Shown here: one piece after another, positions 11,351-25,035 of the stretch | How positions within the stretch are numbered: the first letter of the stretch is position 1 | Layout: every line of letters begins with the position of its first letter | NCBI GenBank assembly: GCA_024679065.1 | Contig: JAGIQG010000010.1 | Coordinates: 64,914,001-64,978,000 of the forward strand | Reading direction: 5' to 3' | DNA: 64,000 bases | Origin: Sphyrna mokarran | Taxonomy: Eukaryota | Notes under the pieces: model-generated | What the model was told of the DNA's origin: nothing | Databases searched by the model: none | Seen by the model: the letters and a program-made list of their open reading frames with translations, nothing else | Program-made: the position numbers and the translations under genes

Positions 11351-13602
11351 CAGACAACATTCCCATCCAACATAGTCTATCTGGAAACAAATGCAGTCTA
11401 GTCAGGATCATATATTCTCTCATGTTCACATTTGCAGTCACTTTGCAAAGAGCATGACATTTCTCTAAATAACTTCACTTTGAAGATAAGAACTCTCATT
11501 CCCTTTAATTACCGAGGTGTAGCAATTTAGAGCTGCAAGATCCTGGCATTTAGATTTAATTCTACGGTAGCGTGCAAAATAACACTCAATTTAAGCTGAA
11601 TTAGAGGCTGCATTTTTGATTACTGAGAGATGTTTGTTGTGTTTATCTTTGGTACTAACAGTCAGACATGTGGGTATGCTGTGATCAGAGGTTCCTATCA
11701 AAATGGATGGAGCCTCTGAGTTTGGGAATATCTTTGAAAAAAAAGACTTCTGTCTCCATCTGGAAGTTCACCAAAATTGCAGTGTCCAATTGTCATCTTT
11801 AGATTGTAGGTTGAATTGTGATGACATGAGAGAAAAAGGCTCTTTTAATTAAAGACACTGCAATTAAGACTGCATTTTCTGAGCTGTTGACACGACGGGT
11901 TCAAACTTTTCCAAAGAAGACCTATAGCATTTGAAGTTACTTCTGTAATTCAGTAGTCAGTAATTTATTGGTAATGAAGAGTTAATATAACTGTGGATAT
12001 AAATTAATTGTTAAAAACTTTATTTGATGAATAGAAATGGATTTACAGATGGTAAAGAAACAATGTCACTATGGTACAGTGACATTACAAAATAGTAATT
12101 AGGACCTGGTACAAACAAATTGCAGGTACAAAATCTCAAATCTGCCTATCTGAAAAATTGACTTTTGTTTTCAATGAGCTATGCAAAAAAATTAACTGCT
12201 ATTCATTTTTTAATTTATTCTTATCTCAGCATTACTAAGCCAAATGTGCAAGTTTGGGTCAAGCTCCTAATCAATATTTTTGTCTGCTGCAAAAAATCAG
12301 TTTGTTTCATGGTCCATAGACAAGGGACACACCAGTTCCAAGCTGGAAACAACAGGTATTATACCTGATCTCATGCCTGATCTTCACCAAAGACCAAGAT
12401 GTGCTAGTAAATTAGAGAATTAATTTGCTGGTTTGTTCAAGGTTTGCTGCATTGGTGTGGTGGCATACTGAATATTTATCCATTAGTTTACCTGGCTTTC
12501 CTGCGTTCTGAGTGGTCAGAACCCACCTGATTCAGTTCAGAAAAAATTAGGAGGTGACACTTGTGCTTTAGTGGTCCAAAGTGAACATGGATTTTAAGTT
12601 GTGGCCTCATCAAAAGCACTATCCAACTTCATGTTGGCTGCATTAGACGAAGACTTGATTGCTATCAATCTTTATCTAATTACACTGCAGATACTGGGAA
12701 ATACCTCGTGGCCTTTATCTGAAAACCAGCAAGATCCAAAATCTGGCATAGATTCGGTCCTAAGATTGTCAGTTTTGAGACAATCTATCTGTATATTTAA
12801 ATAAAGCCTCTTGCAGATCTCAAACATTTTTTAGAATGTAGTTACACTTCTCAAAGTGAACTAGACATGTCACATTGTCCAGTTTCTGTGCTTTTACAGA
12901 ATCCAGTAGTTTGGAAGAGGATAATATAGTTCCCAGCCGTGGGTGCAAACAATAAAGTGATGTGCCAGTACTTTGTACAGTAGTGAGAGAATTGGCAGGT
13001 TGAGCCCCAACAGTTAAAATAATATATTACACAGTCTGCTATCTGAGATTCTTGTTTGATTACATTCAATAATGTTGATGTTGTTCTTCCCCAGTCATAA
13101 TCCAAGTTTATGTACCAATTCTGTGAACTGGTAATAAAGACAGTGATTGCATGATACAGGTTCTTTCAAGTTAACATGTTTTATTGATAGCTGTTATGTG
13201 GCCATGGTTTCATTTATTTCTCTTCTACAAATTAGAATGGTTTAAGAAGCCTTGCTTGAGTTAGGTGATCTGTAAAAAAATAAATTGTATAAAATAATGA
13301 TGGAAAACGAACAAGTAACAAGCAACAACCAGAAGCCACATCTGGAAGGAAAATAAGAACAAAAATGAAGACTTTTTTCAGCCATTTAACCCATTACGTA
13401 AAACTTGGAATGAGATGTTCATGAAAGATTTTGTTGCTCAGTTTAAACTTTATATTCCAGCTAATTGGGTGTGGAGAAAAGCAAATCACCACCTTTCACC
13501 ACATTGTTCAGTTCAGAGTCAGTAGTGAAAAACCCAGCTGGGTATTGTATTATGTGAATGAAAACTCTACAGCAAATACAAATGCATCATCGGAAGCAAT
13601 GA

Positions 13603-13690
13603 AAGAAAAACTTACATTTATGTAGCAACTTTCACAACCTCCGCACATGCCAATGCACTCCACAGCCAATGTAGCATTTCTGAATTATAG
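13603..13690 (-). mobile_element. Deu-domain SINE, 3' tail part (split copy)
   Basis: aacttacatttatgtagcaactttcacaacctc..cacagccaatg is the reverse of the tail seen at 8380-8445. It continues at about 14945. Confidence 0.65.
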
Positions 13691-14943
13691 GGCCCAATTT
13701 GAACACTCTGCTTCCAGAAAAAAACAGTTTAGATTGGTATTCTTGGCCACGATTCTCCTGAAAGCACTGAATTGGCAGGAAAACAGTTCTTGATCCTGAC
13801 TGTTTTGTCAGTTCAGCTTCTCACCCAAATCTCTGCACTCCATGCACTGCAGAGGTTCCAGTCGTGGATATCATTAAAACCCAGGCAGGCAGGCCTATAC
13901 ACACTGGAGTTTGACAGTTTTCGAACTTTGCAAATGCGCAGTGGTCCTGGTCTGTCAGACTCCCGTTTGCTGGCCAGTTTGATCGCTGGCCAACTCAGGA
14001 CCTCCTCAGTGCTGCCCCTCCATTCTCCTCCTTACCCCCAGACAGCGTGATCGTGGCCCCCACAACAATTCCCAGGCCAACCCTGACTCACCCCCATCTC
14101 ACAGCACCCCAATATACAGCCCCCTCATCCACTAAGCAGTAGCAATCCTCCCACCATGGCAGAACCACTCTTTCCCCGCTGACATCCCCTTTGGGGTGAG
14201 ACCTCACTCCCTCAACCCCCCACCCCTTCCCGGTATTCTAGCCCAATCACTACCGTCCTTCCATCTCAGACCAATCCTGTCTGCAGAATGGCAGTGGGAC
14301 CCTCCCGCCCCCATCAAGGCTCCACCCACAATTGCCCTCCAGCAATGTCGATAGGCAGTGCCAAGGTGCCCTCTGGGCATGGGCACTTTATCCCTTGGGC
14401 AGTACTGGGAGCATAGGCTGGCACTGCCAGGATGCCTATGCCCAGGGACACCAACCCTCACCATCCAGCCCCCTGCAGGGGAGGGGAGGGGGGGGAGGGG
14501 TCCAATTGCACTCTACTTCGTTCCAGAGGGTTCTCCTGCTAGTTCCCCAAATGTGGGGAGCTAGTCTAAACACCACCAGAATGAAATACTCCTGGCAGGG
14601 TCTGAGATCAAATCAGAAAATTTCTGATAATTAGATTTAAAATACATTTAAAATATATTTAAATGACTTACCAGTCTTCCCGCTGGTTTCCAGCGTGGTC
14701 TGACCAGTGACTGGAGATGTGCGAATCCCGGAATAAGGCCAGCGATTCATATCTCCCACTGCAACATGACAGAAAAGTTGCGGATCGCAGTGGAAGAATC
14801 GCGGCCCTTATTTCCCAGTTTTACTGGTGTTCCATTTTAAAGTATAAAAGACCAGTTCAGATTTGTATTCTTATTTCCCTGTTTAACATTTTTTCCTGTT
14901 GGGAACTGCTATTGCACTGGCTTTGAATTGTTAAAATTGGGCC
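13691..14943. mobile_element. MITE A (Harbinger-type TIRs), hosting MITE B
   Basis: TIRs ggcccaatttgaac (13691-13704) and gttaaaattgggcc (14930-14943). It interrupts a Deu-SINE. Confidence 0.65.
13745..14806. mobile_element. Non-autonomous PIF/Harbinger-type element (MITE B)
   Basis: TIRs ggccacgattctcc / ggaagaatcgcggcc, 3-bp TSD CTT (13742-13744, 14807-14809), C-rich interior and no recognisable transposase. Confidence 0.75.
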
Positions 14944-14944
14944 T

Positions 14945-15290
14945 ATATCACTATTGTAGATGTAGAGAATGTGGAAGTGATTTGAACATAACAAAGTCTC
15001 AGAAGCAGCAATGTGAGGATGATCAGATCATTTTTTTTAGTGCAGTTGGTTGAGGGATAACCACCAGCCAAGACATCAGAGAGAACTCCTTTGCTCTTAT
15101 TTGAAATTTGTGTTTCTACATCCACCTGAGAGGGCCAACATGATTTTGATTTCTGCAAACAGCATGTCTAATAGTGCAGCATCTCCTCTGGTATCATACT
15201 GGAATGTCAGTATAGATTATGTGCTGTAATTGAGCCCATAACCTTCTGACTCAGAGGTGTGAGTGCTGCCACAGGGCTCTGGCTGACATG
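14945..15290 (-). mobile_element. Deu-domain SINE, body and head (split copy)
   Basis: cagcaatgtgaggatgatcagatca, gttggttgagggataa and a head ending aaccttctgactcagaggtgtgagtgctgcca. Collinear with the 8010-8450 type in reverse. Confidence 0.7.
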
Positions 15291-16902
15291 AAGAGAGACA
15301 GAGAACAAACCTTATGACCGTGTAAATAATTGAGATAAAGGAGAAAGGCTTTTAGAACAGAGGGAAGAAAAGTAAAGTATTTGCATCTTATTAAGTATAA
15401 CATAAATAGAATTACAATAATAACATAACTTTGCTAGAGAATGGTTTTCTCCCCTGTTTCAAAAGTTACGTGGATATAGGTGTAAGCCTAATGAGAATTA
15501 AAATGTTTAAACCAGAACAACATCCCTGCAGAAATCAATAGGCAGCAAAATGCAAACATGACAGTCTACAGATTCAATATATTTTTTAAATGGTTGAAAG
15601 TCAAATCGTACTGAACAGCATACAATGGATCATTGTTCTTGCATTCTTCAATTACTAAAACAGCAAAATTATTGAAAAATTCTAGGAAGTGCAGCCAATG
15701 CTTCAAATGACTTTTGACACAAGAAAACCTGACATGATTGTACCTATTATGAAGGTACGGAACAACATGGGAGGCTAGGTAAGTTGTAAAGCTGGCTGAT
15801 CAAAGAAATGTGAGTGCAACATCAGTTACTTTATATGGATACATTAATTTGCTGTTTTATAATGATGGATGAAATTCTTTTGTATTTTACCCATAGCAAG
15901 ACCACAAACGTGAGAAGTGAACTCAACCACAGGTACTAACTCCAGGAGTTTGGCTAGCCATATATGATGATAATCTTATTTTTCAGCAAGTTAAAATACT
16001 CAATTTTGCTTCTTGTAACAGCTGCGATTGTGTCTACCTGAATACAAAACAGAACACTTATTTTACTGTTTGGAAAGCATATGAGTGCTGAATCTCTATA
16101 TCTTCATCAAATTTTGGCTTCTGACTATTTAACAAATGAACCAGTCCAGGATTTGCTTCTCTGCCAGAAAGATTTTTATCCTATTAATGTTTTGCATCAA
16201 TGTAGTTAATGGCAAAGACAAATGAAGAGCTTTATGTCGTATTAAATCACTCTTGCTTAGATTTGCTTTGTTTTTTTTGTTAGCTTGTGACAATTTAATA
16301 TAAAGACATTTTTATACAATATTATGGATACATGCAGTTGGCAGCAGCTATTTGAATATGTTGTATGGGAGCAGCTGCATTTTCAACATTATGAAGTGCA
16401 ATCAAATGCCTGTATCAAGGGCGTTGCTTAAAGGCAATGGTGACTACTAACAAAGTATTATATTAGAATCCTCAAACATAGTAAATTTAGGCTGCTTTCC
16501 TTTAAAGTCTGTAGAAATGCCCTATCCTGTGCAAATTTCATTTTTTTAATTGACTTCCTGGGCAATATGCCAGCTGTGTCCAATAAAATCCCAAAGCAAC
16601 TATGATAACAGAGGTTTCAAAAATCAGCAAGGATTCCCTGTGAAGGAATCAGCCTTCACGTGCTAGATTAGACAAATTCTCAAGTTACTGAGGATAGGAG
16701 ACCAATGGCTTTCTTCACCTGGTTGATAAAGTTGTTTACTAAGCTGTGGATGCTGTGCCATGCAAACAGCGCCTTGGAGCCATGGGTGAAGGTGATGACT
16801 GATACTGGATGAGCCAGTTCGGAGTGCAACAAGCCTGACTGTGAGGTGCTACCCTCTAGCACCCCTTATACCCTGTTAACAGCAATAGAAATGCAAAATA
16901 TG

Positions 16903-17082
16903 GGGTTGATTTTCAAGTATCACTTGAGCATGAAATTGGTGTTGCAGACCAGCCATTTGTTGATTGAAAGTATGTAATTTTCACTTTCAATTCAAATCAA
17001 TTGAAATGGGAATTGGGTTGTCTCTCTAACAGGCAACTGATCTATAACAGAGCTTCATGCTTGAGCAGCAAATTAAAAATCC
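16903..17082. mobile_element. Decayed palindromic MITE
   Basis: Imperfect arms (tgattttcaag..cttgagcatgaa / ttcatgcttgagc..ttaaaaatcc) around a palindromic centre ttcaattcaaatcaattgaa. Layout is similar to 58604-58812. Confidence 0.45.
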
Positions 17083-17779
17083 ATTGCATATTCCTTAACA
17101 TGAGGAAAAGGAAACATAATTGCAGGATTATTGTGTGTACATTGATCATTGTTCACAAGTTTTCTATTTGCACCAAAGCAAAATGGAATGGGCAATAAAT
17201 GCTGGTTTTTCTGATAATGCCCACATCTAATGAATAAATGTATAAAGAATGAATTTGGTACACATTTTAACATTTCGTTAATAAATAGATGTATTATATA
17301 AACTTATTTTATAATGACACAGCAGTCAACGATTGTTGACAATGGTTTTTGTTCCTTTTAAGACAGTAGTGTTCAAATGCTGCTGTGAATCATGCTGCTG
17401 AGTACCCTTCCAAGGATCAAAGGCAAAACTTCCAAGATAACAAAATCCATCGGCTCCCAGAAGCAAAGCAGCAAAATCTCCAGTGAATTAATCCAACGTT
17501 TTTGTAAACCCCTGTGCTTAGTCAACGCACCCATTGGTCTAGCAGTCCTGTAAAATTGCCTCATATTGATGTTTAATCACATTCCTTGCAATTCCATTCT
17601 TAACTAAAGAGCAGCCCAGTTCTTTTTTAAAGGAGTCAGATGTCACAGTATTAACTATCTATGATTTGCTCTTCATGCTTATTATATATGCATTTTCAGC
17701 AGTTAAAGAAAGTGTGACACCTTTTCTTTAAGGAAAACAAGTTCAGCCAGATACAGCAAGTACCAGTGGAAGTGGCAAT

Positions 17780-18065
17780 CATCCTTTCCGGCTCCACCCC
17801 CTCAGTTGACCACAAAAGATCCTGTGATACTATTTAAAAAAGAGCAGAATTGTCCTGTACCCTTATCAGTTCAACTCGTCTCAGATCTAGGCATATATCT
17901 CATCTCATTGTTGTTTGTGAGATATGACTGTCTGAAAACTGTGCCAAGTTTCCATTTCATTATAACAGTGGCAGCATTTCCAAAAAATCAACTTCATTGG
18001 CTGTGAACTTCATGACTTTCAGATGCTCTGAAGTCATGAACGGTATTTCTTAGAAATATGCGTTT
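17780..18065 (+). mobile_element. Decayed Deu-domain SINE
   Basis: aaaagatcctgtgatactatttaaaaaagagcag; catctcattgttgtttgtgagat; ttcattggctgtgaa. Confidence 0.55.
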
Positions 18066-19600
18066 GTTCATTCATTAGTCCAATTAGACATTTGTTTGGT
18101 GTGAATGTGAGATAGGGAATCATGCCAATGTTGTTGTCCTATCTCTGACCTGTATTTAGAAAGTCACATGCCAGGAACAGTGCTTTACAAATTCTGCCAT
18201 CATTTACTTAAACTTGATTGCATCCTGTTTCACAAACTAATCAAATGTGTGACTCCTGTTATTAGCATTTCTGAATACTTGATTTCCAGTAATATGGTTG
18301 TTGTTCTCCTTGTACTTGAAACCACCCGTATTAATTGCAATTCTGGCTTAAAGTAGCTTAGTTTGTTATTGGATTCTTTTGAGATGCATTTACATTTATT
18401 AGCCTGATGTGTACTAATTTTACGTTGATTGGATACTTTTAGTTTTAGCTAATGATCACAAATGCTTTTACTGTTTCTATTCCATTGTAATTACATGTTT
18501 CCTCTTTTGTCTTGTACTAGCTTCGGTTTATGTCCCCCCATCGAATTCCAGTTCACTTACTGCATTCAGATTTGATTGATTGTCATGAATTTCCTTATGT
18601 TTGCCTTGACAAAGCCATTTACATCTATTGATTAGTTTATTGACTACTCTCGAGTTCATACCAAATTTAGAAATGTCCAGACATTAATGCATCTATGTGA
18701 GGTGCAATTATTAGTAAGTTAGCGTCATAGAAAGCAAGTTTGCAGTTTACATGGCATTTGAAATTTCATGTGATGTCTGTTTGCAAGTGTGGATTCTGTA
18801 ATGTTGACTCAAACTTTGTCAAAAAGTCATAGAAAACAAACTGGTATAGGTATGGAAATGGAGTCATCGCATGTTATAATGCAGAAAGAGATCCTTTGGC
18901 CCTTTATGTCTGCAATAGGGGAATAGAACTGACTGAATTGCTCTATGGAAAGTTGACATGGACTAAGTTGACCAAAATTGCAGTTTCAATTTTGGAAGCT
19001 TGTCTATTGCGTTTTGCTGCAGATTGGATTTTGAATGGCATCTACACATGACGAGGGCCCATGTGATTCACTGCAATATCTTATTGTTTGTCACGTTCCC
19101 TTTTTGGTTAGATGTAGAGGAACATTGAAGTTTCTGACTGTATATTTGCCATATTTGTGGCATTTCCACTAATTCCTAGTGTCTTCCTTTTACTAGCCTT
19201 TAAACTTTTGAAGTTGCATACCAGATATGATTCAGTTGCACTCTGTCAGTTTGCCCCGTGATTGTGTGGAGTGCACGCATCTTGGTCATCAGCCGTCAGT
19301 TCAATTGTACCCAGGAAAAACAAGGTAACAAATTCTGTGATAAATTATAAAGAGGTTACTCTTGCAATTGTTATTCAACTGTTTTGAGTGTACAAGCTCT
19401 TTAACACATATTGATCTTAAACTGATGTGCAGACAAGTGGAATGTTGGCCAAGTCCTCTCGGACAGTTATGTGCCAAGCTAGGTTTGTCTTTGGTTGAAG
19501 GTAGTACAATATGTGTTGATGTGGTTTTCGTATCTGCTTGTTGTCTTGGCATCCCCTCTTTCTGCTGAAATACCTGAGACTGAAGTTCAAGGCCAAAATT

Positions 19601-20205
19601 GTACAGGAGCAGGAATGTGTTGTTGCAATTATACAGGGCCTTAGCGAGGTCACAACTAGAATATTGTCTGTAGTTTTGGTCTCCTTTTCTGAGGAAGGAT
19701 GTTCTTGCCGTCGAAGGAGTGCAGCAAATGTTTTACCATGCTGATTTTGGGGATGGCGGGACTGACGTATGAGGAGAGATTGACGAGGTTAGGATCGTTT
19801 TTGCTGGAGTTCAGACGAATGAGGGGGGATCTCATAGACTCATAAAATTTTCACAGGATTAGACAGGGTAAATGCAAGGAGGATGTTCCCGATGGTAGGG
19901 GTGTCCAGAACCAGAGGTCACAGCCTGAGGATATGGGGTTGACAGTTTAGGAAAGAGATGAGGAAACATTTCTTCATCCAAAGAGTGGTGAGTCTGTGGA
20001 ATTCATTACCACAGGAAGTAGTTAATGCCAAAATATTGAATATATTCAAGAGGTGGCTAGTATAACACTTGGGGCGAACAGGATCTAAGGTTATGGGAAG
20101 AAAGCAGGCTTAGGCTATTGAGTTGGATGCTCCGCCATGATCGTGATGAATGGCAGAGCAGGTTTAAAGGGCTGAATGGTCTCTTTCTGTCCTATGTTTC
20201 TATGT
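19601..20205 (+). mobile_element. CR1 LINE 3' fragment
   Basis: YRSR..LLQLYRALARSQLEYCL*FWSPFLRKDVLA; MRGDLI; MRKHFFIQRVVSLWNSLPQEVV; ends in a ctatgtttctatg tail. Confidence 0.9.
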
Positions 20206-21449
20206 TGATGTCATGTCAGATTGTGGAGCAGAAGGGTCATTAAACTATTCCATCTCCTGGTTCCCTTTTATCTACTCTATATGTTTGTCTGAGACTTTGA
20301 CTAGGATTTCTTCTGTGCTTTTATTTGCATTTATGAAAAATATGCAAGACTACAGGAAGCTATGGGAGGTTGCAGCATATTTATCTTATTGTTTTGATAT
20401 GAGCACAAAAATAAAAGCTGAGTTGCCACACTGTTGGAGTTTTGTACGATTGTTAAATCAAGACCCTTTCTACTCTTCAAGGTGGATGTAAAAGATTCCA
20501 CGGCACTTTATTAATAAAAGAGCAGTGGAGGTGAAAACCTAGACTTATTTGAAAACCAGATGGCTGTTGAAATGGTTTGAACATTAAAATTATTTTGATG
20601 GATTAATTCAGAATGTCCTTTCTCATCCATAAGTGTCTTGTGACCTTGTGAAGATAAAGCCATTGTCGTCGGTTAATTTATTGCTCAAGCTGTACAGAAT
20701 TCCTTTAATATAGTTGGATGAAGGTTTGTGTTTGTGCATCTGACTCTTCATTCAAAGGATGACTGTAAAATTAACCTTCACTACATTTTATATAGACTTA
20801 TCACCAACCCAAGCCTGCAGTGCAAAATATATTCAGAACAGATTATATTGCAGTAGCATTTATTGATGTTCTTATGGTTTTTGTAAGCCCTAAGCAAGTC
20901 GAGACCAGCACCCCGTGGAGACTTTTATGCATTGTCATTAATGACAGCAATTTTCCAGTTACAAAGAATTTGTTATGAGGTTGTAAAATCCAGCGCAAGA
21001 AGAAAAACTGATCAGTAAACTAAAACATGGATGCTGTAATCTTCAGATTTTAAGTATCAAACCCCAAAAAGTTCATTGAAGAAAAGATTAACATGATTCT
21101 GTCTTTTGAAATATATTCTTGATTAAAAATGAATATCATTTCAAGTTTAAAAAAATGTGCTTTTAATTAACAAGTACAATACAGATCATGTAATAATGCT
21201 GTTAAGAGCTTTGAGTAATGATTTGTAATTGACACTGCACTGAAGTAACTTATTGCTCAAGGCTCTATTCATAAAACCTTTAGTTGTAGAGCAGTTAATC
21301 TGAGTGCTGAGATAATGGACATAATCCATTAACGATGGCCTGAGGTGGGGCAAAGGAGAGAGATAAACCCTTTGTAAAACCATTTGTAAAAAGATCTGCT
21401 AATAGATCAGTACAATTAGAAACATTTCACAACTATTGTTTGCTAAGGA

Positions 21450-21740
21450 AAGAGCAAGTTTGCATTTCTATAGCACCGTTCACAGTCTCATTTCATCTTG
21501 GAGTGCTTTACATCCAATAAAATATTTTTGAAGTGCAGTCCATTTTATAACGCAACAGCTAAGTTGCTCACAGCAAGGTCCCCACAAGCAGCAATGAAAT
21601 AAATGATCAAATGTCCTGTTTCAATGCTGTTGGTAGAAGGATAAATTTTGGCCAAGGAATCAGTGAGAGCTCCCTTGGTCTTCTTTGGATTAGTGCCAAA
21701 AAGACAAAACATGTGTCCAGTTTAACAGTGCCTCCAAAGT
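21450..21740 (-). mobile_element. Decayed Deu-domain SINE
   Basis: gtttgcatttctatagcaccgttcacag..tttttgaagtgcagtc..cacagcaaggtccccacaagcagcaatg is the reverse of the Deu-SINE tail. Confidence 0.6.
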
Positions 21741-22254
21741 ATTATACACAAGACAGAAAGTGGGTTGAATGCATACTCAGAGAATGGAGTTGAACTAGCT
21801 GTGGATAGTATTCATGTTCAATAGTCAATGCAGAGCAGCGACAAAGATGATAGTATTTTGAACTAATATCGACAAAAGTGGAAAACAAATCGGAGGAAGC
21901 ACAACAAATCGTGGGAGAGTTGACATTGAGCATTATGTGTTTGTTATGAAGGGAGGTTCATTGTTGTAAGGAATTTTCTTAAGAGGGGACCATTCTGTTG
22001 TAGGAAGTCTTGGCCCTTGTTTTGAAGAGTCAAATGGTATTGTGAGGGAAGAACTGCTACCTGCTCCAACCAAGGCCATTATAATAAAGGGAGTTGGGTG
22101 TAGACTGAGCCCTTCCTGCACACCTGGGGTTCTGCTGCCTGATGCTTCAAAAGCACTGAGTGTATGGACAGTGCAAATACTGAATTTAAACAAGTTTTTC
22201 TATCCCAAAGGAGCAAAGTGAGTTCAAGTTGGTGGTCCAGACTACAGTCAAAAT

Positions 22255-22912
22255 AGTGAGGGTCTATGTGCACAGGTCATTGAAAGTGGCAGAGCTGTTT
22301 GAGAAATTGATTAATGAGGAAGATGGGATACTGGACTTTATAAGTAGGTGCATAGAATACAAAAGCAAGGAAGTCATTGTGAACCTTTAAAATATTGGTT
22401 TAGTCTAAACTGGAATATTGTGTTCTATTCTGGGTACTGCCCTTTAGGAGGAATGTGAAGATGGTGCAGAAAAGATTTACAAGAATGATGCCAGACATGA
22501 GAGAGTTCAGGTAAGTGAATAGATTGACGAGGCTGGTGTTGCTTCCCCTTGCAAAAGAAGGTTGAAATGAAATGTGATGAAAATGTCCAAAACCATGAGA
22601 AGCTGAGGTAGAGTAGTAATGGAAAAACTGTCCTCATTGCAGGAAAGTAAAGAACTAGAGGATACAGGTATCAAGTGATTAGTGAAACATGATTTCTATA
22701 GCATAGTTATGATCGTTGCCTAAAAGATGTGAAGGCAAATTCAATCATGGTTTTCGAAAAGGAATTGGGTAAGTGCTTGAAGGAATAGACGTGCAGCGCC
22801 ATGAGGAAAGGACTGGGGTTTAGGCCTTACTGAGTTGCTTTTGCGAAGAACCATCATAGGTTTGACAGGCCAAATATCTTCCTTTGATGCTGCAACCATT
22901 CTATGATTCTAT
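22255..22912 (+). mobile_element. CR1 LINE 3' fragment
   Basis: VYVHRSLKVAELFEKLINEEDGILDFISRCIEYKSKEVIVNL..LEYCVLFW; ends accattctatgattctatg. Confidence 0.85.
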
Positions 22913-22984
22913 GGCACAGGAGTTGACATACTAGCACGAAGGAAGCTATTGGAGAAGATTAGGGGACTATGAGAAAGGCAGATG

Positions 22985-24105
22985 ATCCTTCTTTTATTGT
23001 CCTTTTCAACCTGTCTGCAGCTGTTGACACACTATCTTCTTCCAAGACCTATCTATCTAGCTGCAAGGGATTGCAGCTGTTTGGTTCCAATCTTATCAAT
23101 CCAATAGTAAGCAGAGAATTACCTGCAGTAGCTTTCCTTCCTGCTTCCACATCATTACCTAGCTTCCCCGAGAAATCTGTTCCTGGCTTCCTTCCTACTT
23201 CTCGTCCGTGTGTTGCCTCTCAGCAACATCATCCAAAAGCACAGCAACAGTTGTCACATGTACTCTGACAACATCCTGTTCAACGTTCTCTCTTGGCCAC
23301 TTCACTGTCTCTTCATTATCAGACTGCTTGTTCGACACCCAGCACTGGATGAGCAGAAATTTCTTCCAACCAAATATGGGAAGACCAAAGCCATAGTCTT
23401 CAGTCTCTGCCACAAACTCTGTTCCCTATCTACTGACTTCACCTCTCTTCTTGGCAGCTGTGTGTAACTGAATCAAGTTGTTTGCTCCTGGTGTTATATC
23501 TGTCTTTGAACTGAGCTGTCAACATGTCCATGCTATCAGTAAGACTACCTGTTTGCACCTCCGGAACATTGCCTGTACCTACCTCTGTTTCAACTCATCT
23601 GTTGCTGAAACACCTTCCCTAGGCTTGACTATTCCAGTGCATACCTATCTAGCCACCATATTCTACACTTGGTAAACTTGAGGAAATCTCTCTCTGTCAT
23701 TCTAATTACAGGCCAGTAATTTGTTCATTACCCCTATGCTTGTTGACCCACACTGGCCCTTGATTAAGCAGATTTTAAATTTGGCATCCTTGTTTTTAAA
23801 TCCTTCCCCACCTTGGTAAGCTCCTCTGCCTTCAAGTCTGCTGTCTTCAATATCCACAATTTTAATCCCGTTACTATTATCAGGCATGCCTCCACTTGCC
23901 AAAGCCCCAAATTCAGGGTTCCATCTCTAAATCTCTTCATCTTTGCCTCTGCACATTTAATGTTCTCCTTAAAACCTATCTCTTTGATCAAGCTTTTGGT
24001 CCTAATATATCCTGATGTGGTTCAGTGTCAAATTTTGTTTTGTAATTTTCCTGTCAAGTATTCTGGTGCTTTTATTACTTTAAAAGTGATATATAAATGC
24101 AAGTT
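22985..24105 (+). mobile_element. L2 LINE RT-to-3' fragment
   Basis: IVLFNLSAAVDT (LLDLSAAFDT motif), MLPLSNIIQKHSNSCHMYSDN (YADD motif), WMSRNFFQPNMGRPK and LHLRNIA, with an L2 tail ending atataaatgcaagtt. Confidence 0.85.
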
Positions 24106-24149
24106 AGTGCTGGTATGGAATTGAGGAGAAAGTAGCAAATTGGTTTCAG

Positions 24150-25035
24150 TATTGTTATTTTCTTCATTTATAGGATGTGTAAGCATCATTGACTTGACTG
24201 GCATTCATTGCCTATTCCTAGTTGCCCGTCGTAAGATGGTAGCAAGCTGCTGTCTTGAACTATTGCAGTCTCTAGGATGGAAGTACACCTACTGTGCAGT
24301 TAGGGAGGAAATTCCAGGATTCTGATCCGGTGCCAGTTAAGGAATGGTAATTTATTTCTAAGTCAGGATGGTGAGTGACCATCCAGGTGATGGCATTCCT
24401 TGTAGCCATATGTTTGGAAAGTGCTATCTAAGGAACCTTGGTGAGTCCCTGCAGTGCATCGTAACTACCACTGTTTGTTGGTGGAGGGATTGAATATTTC
24501 TTGAAGGGGTAGCATTCATGCAGACTATCTTGTCCTGGATGATACTGAGCTGTACTCATCCTGGCAAGCAGAATATTCTATTATACTCATGACTTGTACC
24601 TTAGACAAGTTTTGGGGAGTCAGGAGGTAGGTTACTTTCTACAGGATTCCTAGCCATTGAGCTGCTCTAGTAGCCACAGTGCTTATATGACTCGTCAAGT
24701 TCAGTTTCTGGTAAATGCTAATCCCCTGGATCTTGATAGTGGGAGATTCAGTGATGATAATGCCATTGAATGTCAAGGAGCAGTGGTTAGATCATTCCTT
24801 GTTGGAGGTGGTCATTGAATGGACTTGTGTGGCATGAACATTACTTGTCACTCATCGGTCCAATTCTGGATATTGTCCAGGTCTTGCTGCATTTATAGAT
24901 ATGGATTGCTTCAGAGGAGTCTGAGGAGTCATAATTGGTGCTGAACATTGTCTGAACAAGTGAACAGCCTCACTTCTGATCTTATGATAGAAGGAACGTC
25001 ATTGATGAAGCAGCCGAAGATGGTTAGTCTCAGGA
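24150..25035 (-). mobile_element. CR1-clade LINE (second lineage) RT C-terminal and 3' fragment
   Basis: Minus strand translates to TIFGCFINDVPSIIRSEVRLF, QQDLDNIQNWTDE*QVMF and PLTFNGIIITESPTIKI. Its 3' end is shared with the SINE at 62792-63152. Confidence 0.8.

Noticed and set aside
15964-16041. C/D-box snoRNA-like ATGATGA..CTGA spacing
   Set aside because: Negligible terminal stem and no evident rRNA antisense element; chance-level.
16680-16880. Minus-strand exon candidate with a good acceptor
   Set aside because: All three frames hit stops within 25 nt of the acceptor, and the peptide is not recognisable.
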